Assembly (NCBI GenBank): GCA_963719945.1 | Contig: CAVRDX010000001.1 | Location: 32,001-96,000 of the forward strand | Direction: 5' to 3' | Source: an uncultured Thermoplasmata archaeon | Lineage (GTDB): Archaea > Thermoplasmatota > Thermoplasmata > UBA10834 | DNA length: 64,000 bases | In this document: positions 53,467 to 60,335 of the stretch, piece after piece | How positions within the stretch are numbered: the stretch's first letter is position 1 | Layout: every line of letters starts with the position of its first letter | Made by a program: the position numbers and the translations under genes | Notes under the pieces: model-generated | What the model was told of the DNA's origin: nothing | Database searches by the model: none | What the model saw: the letters and a program-made list of their open reading frames with translations, nothing else

Positions 53467-54120
53467 CTATGAGCCGCGAGGCTGCCGACAGCAGAGTACG
53501 TAGCCATGAGTCATTACATAAGTGTAGAACTCGTACGTATGGCCAGCTATCAGTGTCACCGTGAACTTGACTTCTCCATACTTGTATGTGTCTTGATAGA
53601 AGCAGATACCCATGGTAACTGACGAGCCATAGATCTTGGTACCCTGATCGCCGTTTAATTTCCACGCATCGGCTGTTTTGTCATAGAGATTTCCATAAAC
53701 ATAACACGAATAGTCTGCTCTCGAACTTCCTACTCCAAATGTCGTTTCAGCATCCACAACGTAGTTGACAAGCCAGTGATACGCTATGGTCCTTGTTCCA
53801 CCAGTAGCTTCGGTATAGGTAATCCCCCTGAAGCCGGCCTTCGCATCTACTTGGGAAATTCCTGCAAATGCGGTAACTGCACTAGTGTCAACATACGCGT
53901 AGCCAGTGCTCGGTACAGCATACGGATTAGTGTAAACATCAACATGGCCGGCTAAACTCGAGGATTGCACAAGACTAGCAATCTGCACGCCATTATAGTA
54001 CGATGGCCTCCAATACTTGGGCCATGGTAATGGCACACCTGCAATCACTGGCGCGGATATAGACACAACAAATAGCAGAACGACCACACAGCTCATTGCA
54101 GCTAGAACTCTCCTTTGCAT
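53467..54120 (-). CDS. Secreted beta-rich hypothetical protein, possible frameshift near the C-terminus
   Basis: GGAGGTGA RBS and ATG 54120; signal peptide; Tyr/Thr/Val-rich strands. Confidence 0.7.
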   Translation of the reverse strand: MQRRVLAAMSCVVVLLFVVSISAPVIAGVPLPWPKYWRPSYYNGVQIASLVQSSSLAGHVDVYTNPYAVPSTGYAYVDTSAVTAFAGISQVDAKAGFRGITYTEATGGTRTIAYHWLVNYVVDAETTFGVGSSRADYSCYVYGNLYDKTADAWKLNGDQGTKIYGSSVTMGICFYQDTYKYGEVKFTVTLIAGHTYEFYTYVMTHGYVLCCRQPRGS

Positions 54121-54240
54121 TATTTCACCTCCTCCTCGAACCACTTTTGAGGCACGTATATAATGCGCTTGATGCGCTATTTATTCGTTTCTGGAGCACC
54201 TCCCCTGTGAGTGAATCTACATTTTACTGGAGGAAAAAGG

Positions 54241-54356
54241 TTCGGAGAGGAGCGATGATCCCTCCAAAAGAATAACGGATTTGCTTTTTTTCAATCCGTC
54301 TCCTCGGCGAAGATGTCCTAACAATGGCATCTTGGGGTGCGAGCCCTCACAGGGTC
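54241..54356 (+). repeat. Island repeat family A, copy 1
   Basis: 69/85 ungapped identities (54261-54345 vs 55251-55335, hand count); exact 19-mer CGTCTCCTCGGCGAAGATG. Confidence 0.9.
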
Positions 54357-54433
54357 ATCAATGACGAGAATAGGCTCATAATCAATAGAAAGGTCCTTAA
54401 CCTCGTTATGCTGATTTGGGTATGGAGGAAACA

Positions 54434-55225
54434 ATGGCTGAAGTGGGTAAGTTATATGCGAAGGGACTTCACAAGCGATTCTCATATTTGGCTACCTGGC
54501 TGCCCAACACCAATTTGATGCTGGGCGACGTGGGACGATTGCACGGAGAAATCTTCACAATAGAAACGACTCTTAAGGAACTCGGCGTGCCATTCCATGT
54601 TAGGAAAGGCAAGAAGCCAGTCAAGTTCAACTACACATCACAGTCCGGGATTTCGGTGAACGCCAAGGCGGCGGGGCAGGTGGCCACCGGAACGACTCTG
54701 CCTCAGGCTCAGGCAGGTGTTTCTATCAAATTCAGCAAGGAAGGGGCATTCTTGTTCCAAGCGACCGAGTGCAAGGTGGATGAGATTGAAGACAAGGCAG
54801 AGCTTGGCACAGCAATTATCGCACTGCTGATTAACAAGAAGTGGAATCCTGATTGGGTCGTTGTTGACACTCTAGTTAGGGCAGGCTCTGCGACAATTGC
54901 CGTATCAAACTCCCGTAACGCTGCTCTTGACCTTACCGCAAAGACGGATGTTAAGATAGCTAACCTCGCCAATCTCGATGCAGGATTAAACATGAGCCAC
55001 CAAAGCGGTGATGTCATTCAATTCATAGCTGAGAAGGGTTTGTCTCCGTTATACAAGCTCTCTCGCGTGAAGCAATCGTGGATTCAGAAACTGCTAAACC
55101 AACCCGGTGAATTCGACCGTTACGCGCTCATTGGAACCTACAAGAATAAATCGATAGAATCTCCGGATAAGAAAATTCCCAAGGGAAAACCACTTGAGAC
55201 AGTTACACCGCGCTGGGATCAGTGA
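54434..55225 (+). CDS. Putative gasdermin-like pore-forming protein (263 aa)
   Basis: GGAGG RBS; YLATWLP....LGDVG N-terminus; two amphipathic beta-hairpin regions; WVVV..L..A strand; short C-terminal tail; no signal peptide or TM helix. Family assignment from pattern recognition only. Confidence 0.62.
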   Translation: MAEVGKLYAKGLHKRFSYLATWLPNTNLMLGDVGRLHGEIFTIETTLKELGVPFHVRKGKKPVKFNYTSQSGISVNAKAAGQVATGTTLPQAQAGVSIKFSKEGAFLFQATECKVDEIEDKAELGTAIIALLINKKWNPDWVVVDTLVRAGSATIAVSNSRNAALDLTAKTDVKIANLANLDAGLNMSHQSGDVIQFIAEKGLSPLYKLSRVKQSWIQKLLNQPGEFDRYALIGTYKNKSIESPDKKIPKGKPLETVTPRWDQ

Positions 55226-55230
55226 AGAGA

Positions 55231-55370
55231 TTTGCGAGGGGCTACAAACCCCTGCAAAAGAACAATGGGTTTGCTATCTCTCAATGCGTCTCCTCGGCGA
55301 AGATGCCCTGAAAAGGGTATTTTGTGGTGCGAACCAGTCAGGTTCGTGCTCTCTTTTCCCACAGGGTCCA
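55231..55370 (+). repeat. Island repeat family A, copy 2
   Basis: Starts 6 nt after the stop of the gasdermin-like gene; aligns to copies 1 and 3. Confidence 0.9.
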
Positions 55371-55443
55371 CTATTTTGCTGGAAATTGGCAAAGCAGTAA
55401 TTCTCCTTACCACCAGACCTTGAAAAGATACTCATTGAATTGT

Positions 55444-56010
55444 TCAGATTCGTTTCAGGAATCGAAAGTAATCATGTTCCACAGATTCGACCCTGGATCC
55501 GCGCTTCCTCTTGAATATGCACCGTACGATGATCTGGCAACCAACAATCACCGCAATGAATACAATGCCCCAGAGGACAAGTGGATTGCGTTCGAGAAAG
55601 GTTAGTGGCTCTGCGAAATTCACATCACTCTTTGAAATCAGGCATAGCGAATAGAACTCGCTACGTTCATCCCCGTAGTGAATCAGCGTAGCGTTGAACG
55701 TGTCACCTATTCTCCAGCCCTGAGAACTCGCAATTGAATCATAAGAGTCATCTGATTCGTTTAAGAACTTCGCTTCTGCATTAATTGTTTGGTCTAGAAG
55801 AATGGAGGATTCGCTCCAGGAGATATGAATCTTGAAGTAGCAGGCCCCAGAATCCAGCCACATATCGTCTACGGCCCCGAGGACCACTGCATCCGAATAA
55901 AATGGTGATGCATAGACTCTTTGAGAAAATGGAATCGTCAATACCATGAACGACATCGTGCATATAATCAATGCAGCCGCTATGCGGGCAAGAAATCGCA
56001 TGTTTCTCAT
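55444..56010 (-). CDS. Hypothetical membrane-anchored protein
   Basis: N-terminal signal/TM and C-terminal TM followed by basic residues. Confidence 0.65.
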   Translation of the reverse strand: MRNMRFLARIAAALIICTMSFMVLTIPFSQRVYASPFYSDAVVLGAVDDMWLDSGACYFKIHISWSESSILLDQTINAEAKFLNESDDSYDSIASSQGWRIGDTFNATLIHYGDERSEFYSLCLISKSDVNFAEPLTFLERNPLVLWGIVFIAVIVGCQIIVRCIFKRKRGSRVESVEHDYFRFLKRI

Positions 56011-56105
56011 CAAGATGGAGGCCTCTATTCCCTGTTGCCATTCCCGCTAAATAAATCTTCAGTCAATCACGAGTAGGTTTGGATGACGAGTCGATTGACT
56101 TCGAT

Positions 56106-56176
56106 CAATTCCCCGTTGATTGAAATCAGAAAAAGGGAGTCTAGCTTAAGTAGGGTTCATGGCCCGGCGGCCGCAC
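56106..56176 (+). repeat. Island repeat family B, copy 1
   Basis: CAATTCCCCGTTGATTGAAATC...GGGTTCAT...CCGC aligns ungapped with 56731-56801. Confidence 0.72.
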
Positions 56177-56274
56177 ACTCAGAGAAAATGCCATAGGAGT
56201 GGAAGGGGAGAGAAACTCGCTAACAGAGTAAGGGCGGAAAGTTTCAAGCCAAGAGACTTCAATGACCGCCAACT

Positions 56275-56721
56275 GTGCTGGCGACATCTCTGATCGGGTC
56301 TCGACAATCCTCGAAGGCCGGAGGCACCCATCCCTATGCCGTATCCGTGATTCTTGTGACACTCATTCTTGGAATCATGATGACTGCAGCAGGGATTGCT
56401 CTGATGATTTCTGACTTCGGGCTGATATTATTCGCTCTTGGAGTGGTATTCCTAGCTGTGTCATTTGCGGCTAGTCGACAACTTAGCGTATTCTTGTATC
56501 TGCCCGGGGAATCGACAGTGATGGCGTTGTATGTTGCAGTAGAGGCCTTGGCAGGTGCAGCTCTGGGATTCGTGGGGGTTGGCAATGTTGTTTTCGATTC
56601 CGAAGCTTTTGATTGGAGTCTTGTGGCAATCGCCATGTTTGGGTTATTGCTCGTTGCCGACTCTTTGCTCCTCCATCGCAGAGGCTTCAAGCAAGGTTTG
56701 GGAAAAGAGAAGAAGGTTTAG
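56275..56721 (+). CDS. Hypothetical 4-TM membrane protein
   Basis: Four hydrophobic helices; start uncertain. Confidence 0.62.
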   Translation: MLATSLIGSRQSSKAGGTHPYAVSVILVTLILGIMMTAAGIALMISDFGLILFALGVVFLAVSFAASRQLSVFLYLPGESTVMALYVAVEALAGAALGFVGVGNVVFDSEAFDWSLVAIAMFGLLLVADSLLLHRRGFKQGLGKEKKV

Positions 56722-56730
56722 ATTCGAGCC

Positions 56731-56801
56731 CAATTTCCCGCTGATTGAATTCGAGTCGTGACATACTGGCTCGATAGGGGTTCATATCCAGACGACCGCG
56801 C
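56731..56801 (+). repeat. Island repeat family B, copy 2
   Basis: CAATTTCCCGCTGATTGAATTC...GGGTTCAT...CCGC, 10 nt after the upstream stop codon. Confidence 0.72.
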
Positions 56802-56895
56802 TGGCATTCTTCTGAGAAGAGATTTCAAGAGAGGCCAGAGTGCAAGAAACAAGATATAGACGAGATACGTTCATGAACGAAGGGGGAATGAGACA

Positions 56896-57645
56896 GTGAC
56901 TGGAGGTAAGTGGGCCTTATGGTCTTTTGTGGCATTGATTGCACTGTGCTTCGTCCTTGTAGGAGTATCGGAACTCCATTGGAAGGTTGACCCCAGCTCG
57001 GGTGAACTCGGTGAGACGGTCGACTATGCGTTCACACTCAGATCGTATGACCTGCACGCAGGCGACACAATCTACTATGAGTATGAATCCAGCGTGATGT
57101 GCCTGTTCATCATCACGACCGACCCGGTCAATCCTGAGGTTGGCGAGAAGCTCAACTTATCGGGCCCTCGGAACAGCGGTTCATTTGAGTGTCTGACGGA
57201 CGGGCTGTACTATCTGCGGGTGGATTTCTTCGAGACACCAGCGACAATCAACTACGAACTATACGCCTTCGATCAGTCCTCTGTCCTGGTGATGACAGTG
57301 AAACCCATTGTATTGACTGTGTCGACAGTCTTGCTTGCATTCTTGCTCTATAGGGCTTTCAGAGATGATCGCTTGACTGATCCTGAGAAGGAGCAGGCAA
57401 AACTCGAGAGATACTGGGCATGCTTCACATCAAGGGTCTTCCACTGGGTTGTGATTGTCGCGGGGGCGGTCATGCTCACGGTGGCTTCGTTCATCGACTA
57501 TCTCAATTGGACGATCGACCGCCCTGAACTCGTCCCGGTTTGGCCGCTTCAGATACTTCAGATAGGAGGAATGGCTGTATACTTTGGGCTGTTGCTTGGC
57601 CTGTTCAACACATGGGCCATGTGCAGAGGCCAGATGTCCGGATGA
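56896..57645 (+). CDS. Hypothetical membrane protein
   Basis: N-terminal TM, extracellular beta domain, then 3 TM. Confidence 0.7.
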   Translation: MTGGKWALWSFVALIALCFVLVGVSELHWKVDPSSGELGETVDYAFTLRSYDLHAGDTIYYEYESSVMCLFIITTDPVNPEVGEKLNLSGPRNSGSFECLTDGLYYLRVDFFETPATINYELYAFDQSSVLVMTVKPIVLTVSTVLLAFLLYRAFRDDRLTDPEKEQAKLERYWACFTSRVFHWVVIVAGAVMLTVASFIDYLNWTIDRPELVPVWPLQILQIGGMAVYFGLLLGLFNTWAMCRGQMSG

Positions 57646-57650
57646 TGGCT

Positions 57651-58139
57651 TCAGAACGAGCCGAGGATGGTGGTGGCGAACTCATCTACATCTCCCTGCC
57701 AGCCTTCCTTCAGCGGCCCCTTCATCGTCTCCGCTGATACTAAGAATATCTTGTCGGCAACTTTCACCAGCCCCTTCTCCTTCAAAATCTCATCCAGAAC
57801 CGGTACGGTCTTCCTCCATCGATTGAGCTCTTCCTCTGTCGGCATCCGTCCGGTCTTCTTATCTGGTGCTGCGTCTCCGTGGGTCGCGAATATGGCATAC
57901 TTTGTTCCCGACGCAAGTGAGACCTTTTTGATGAAACGTCTCATGCTCCCTAGTGGCCCGCCGAATCGCGTAGGTGACCCAAAGATGTACAGGTCTGCGA
58001 GAGCCAGCTCCTTAGGTTTCGATTCTCTGATATGATGCACGTTCACCTGATGGCCTTTTGTCTCCATGACCCGTCGCAACTCATCAGCGACCTTCGCTCC
58101 GTTCCCAAACTTCGAGGCGTGATATAGCTCAATCTTCAT
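57651..58139 (-). CDS. Flavodoxin-family protein
   Basis: Y.SKFGNG..VA; FGSPT; AIFAT; GPL.EG. Confidence 0.82.
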   Translation of the reverse strand: MKIELYHASKFGNGAKVADELRRVMETKGHQVNVHHIRESKPKELALADLYIFGSPTRFGGPLGSMRRFIKKVSLASGTKYAIFATHGDAAPDKKTGRMPTEEELNRWRKTVPVLDEILKEKGLVKVADKIFLVSAETMKGPLKEGWQGDVDEFATTILGSF

Positions 58140-58312
58140 GAGAAATCCCTTCCTAAATATCGAATGCAACTAATCACTCATAATGATATCTTGCAGGCCC
58201 CCTGATCGGAAAACAGCCAGGTGGCATGAGTGAGATTCCTTTCGATCCAACCCATGAGCGAAGCCATTAAGTCATCCAGAACGATTCAGAGTTCTGGTTT
58301 GGGGAATTGGCG

Positions 58313-58786
58313 ATGAAATGTCCAAAATGTGGGACAGATGTGCTTGATCTGGAATTGCGGAATGAATTAAGACTCAACAGAATCATCCTGATTGCTGCAA
58401 CAGTTGTGATTGCCATCACGATAATAGCAGCTGCCATCTATGCGGTTGGCGCGCTAAAACCAAAACCTGAATTGGTGGGGGTTATTGAGGTAGGTTCCCT
58501 TTCATACTATGATGATGGTAGCGATGGTTGGTACTCCAAGTCGTGTTCAGGACATATCTTCAATGTCGGCTCCATAGGTTGTGTTGCCGAAGTAACCGTT
58601 AATCTGTCAGATGCACGAGGATGGAGTTATGAAACCACTATAGTCACGGGATGGATGCCTGCTGGAGATACTGCAAGTGTCTATTTCTGGTTCGACGTAC
58701 CCAAAATATTCAACGCACAGGAAGCGGACATCGACGGAGTGAAACTAAACGTGGATTTCAGATATCTAGACTCTGGTGAGTGGTAG
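58313..58786 (+). CDS. Membrane-anchored hypothetical protein with N-terminal CPKCG knuckle
   Basis: MKCPKCG, one TM, beta-rich extracellular domain. Confidence 0.68.
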   Translation: MKCPKCGTDVLDLELRNELRLNRIILIAATVVIAITIIAAAIYAVGALKPKPELVGVIEVGSLSYYDDGSDGWYSKSCSGHIFNVGSIGCVAEVTVNLSDARGWSYETTIVTGWMPAGDTASVYFWFDVPKIFNAQEADIDGVKLNVDFRYLDSGEW

Positions 58787-58805
58787 GGCGCGGTCGATAA
58801 TTGGA

Positions 58806-58942
58806 GACTTCCTTGATTGAAATTGGAGAAATGGGACGGGGTCTACTCTAACTCTTAATCATTTGCCTTGGCGAAGTGCTCTGACAAGGGCATTTTGAGG
58901 CGCTGGCCTGCAGTTTCGTGCTCCACAATCTCATAGGGCCCA
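58806..58942 (+). repeat. Composite island repeat: family B 5' part joined to family A copy 3
   Basis: TTGATTGAAAT..GA.AA.GGGA, then CCTTGGCGAAG-TGCTCTGACAAGGGCATTTTG...TTCGTGCTC...CATAGGGCCCA matching 55292-55370. Confidence 0.8.
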
Positions 58943-59122
58943 ATAAGCGGTCATATCCGTTCTAGAGGGCGCAGATGCTTCTCATGGATACAGCACTAAA
59001 TTGTGATTAAGAACACGAATTCTGAGACGGCCAATGGTATCCATATTCCCTCATTTGCCTTCCTTTGTATACGAATAGCTTAAATCTTCAAAGACGATTA
59101 TTATTTGGAGGATGGCGATGCT

Positions 59123-59305
59123 ATGAACATTCGGTGGTCATTGTCACGTCAATCGTGGATTATGCTTGTTGCCATCGATGCATGTGGGTTCATCACCATT
59201 GGCAAAGGTATAATTATTCTTGGACAAGAGTGGTATTATGGCGTTGCGGCAATAGTGACAGGCATTGCCCTGCTTTGGTACAATACACCGCCGAGCAAGA
59301 ATTAG
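59123..59305 (+). CDS. Small 2-TM protein
   Basis: GGAGG RBS; two hydrophobic helices. Confidence 0.55.
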   Translation: MNIRWSLSRQSWIMLVAIDACGFITIGKGIIILGQEWYYGVAAIVTGIALLWYNTPPSKN

Positions 59306-59360
59306 AGGAACCGGTTCAACAGATCTCTCCAAGATTCATAGGGTGAGTAGGCATGAAGCG

Positions 59361-59852
59361 ATGATTTCCCCACGATTTATTGATGTTCTGAGAAAGTTGA
59401 GCGGTCAACTGGAGGACCAGGGTGTGGTCTGGGCGGTCGGTGGTAGCTTGGGACTCGCGCTCAGAGGTGCTAGTGTTGATCCACGTGACATTGACATAAT
59501 TACAGACAGGGTTGGCGCATACCACATTGAGCGCATCTTCTCAGATGCAGTGATTTCTCCAGTCTCGCTCAAGACCAGCAACAAGATTCAATCACACTTT
59601 GGTGCATTGAACATAGATGATGTCAAGGTCGAGATCATGGGCGATTTTCAGATTCGCCTGGAAGACGGGACTTGGCAACCCCCTCCCGATTTCACGAGGC
59701 TGAAACAGTTGGTCCTGCTCGAAGGGATGTCAATTCCAGTCCTCTCGCTGATATGGGAGTATGATTCATATTCGAAACTAGGCAGGACCGATAGAGCAGA
59801 ATCCGTGATGGCAATCATTGGACGCCAAGCCGTTATGGAACGTCTATTGTGA
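59361..59852 (+). CDS. Nucleotidyltransferase-family protein
   Basis: WAVGGS..LALRG....P.DIDI.T signature. Confidence 0.82.
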   Translation: MISPRFIDVLRKLSGQLEDQGVVWAVGGSLGLALRGASVDPRDIDIITDRVGAYHIERIFSDAVISPVSLKTSNKIQSHFGALNIDDVKVEIMGDFQIRLEDGTWQPPPDFTRLKQLVLLEGMSIPVLSLIWEYDSYSKLGRTDRAESVMAIIGRQAVMERLL

Positions 59853-59895
59853 CGGAAGGCGATTCGGATGCAAATGGGCTGCCAACCGCCGAGTC

Positions 59896-59916
59896 CATGA
59901 CTTCGTCGAAGTCATG
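59896..59916. promoter_or_regulatory. Perfect 10-1-10 palindrome, candidate operator
   Basis: CATGACTTCG-T-CGAAGTCATG, 38 nt upstream of ATG 59954. Confidence 0.5.
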
Positions 59917-59953
59917 CGAAACTGAATTAGGCGATGAATGATGATATGGTTAC

Positions 59954-60217
59954 ATGAACCTCGAAGAGACAATGGATCCCATTGAACCGAGGGGAAGCCT
60001 TAGAGTGATTTTCATCGTATTGGTGATGCTTGCCGTGATTGATTTCTGCATCTTAATTTGGGTAGTTCCTTGGGCGGATGAGGCTTATCGTTCCCTATCC
60101 GGATCTATGGGCTATGTGATCACGTTTCTGACGGTGTTCGTGAACTTGCTCATCGGTCTAGCCTTGGTCGCTTACTACTTCAAGAGCCAATCATATCCTT
60201 CGGATAGATGGCAATGA
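59954..60217 (+). CDS. Small 2-TM protein
   Basis: Two hydrophobic helices. Confidence 0.6.
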   Translation: MNLEETMDPIEPRGSLRVIFIVLVMLAVIDFCILIWVVPWADEAYRSLSGSMGYVITFLTVFVNLLIGLALVAYYFKSQSYPSDRWQ

Positions 60218-60335
60218 GCGTCAGACTTCTGATCATCGAGGACAATATCAAGGGATTCTTGTTTCGAGAATTCTGATCGGACAGACATGAATGAAAATTT
60301 AAGAGGTTTATGGGTTTGTATTCTGAGGCAGACTT

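Noticed and set aside
53222-53665. 147-aa minus-strand ORF
   Set aside because: It overlaps two better-supported genes; at most its middle part is a frameshifted continuation of 53467-54120
54241-58942. CRISPR array interpretation of the island repeats
   Set aside because: The repeats are long, degenerate and separated by whole genes; no cas genes
52904-60300. Canonical integron, or tRNA-integrated provirus or element
   Set aside because: No integrase, no RYYYAAC/GTTRRRY boxes conserved across the repeats, no duplicated tRNA-Ala 3' end seen, and no viral genes
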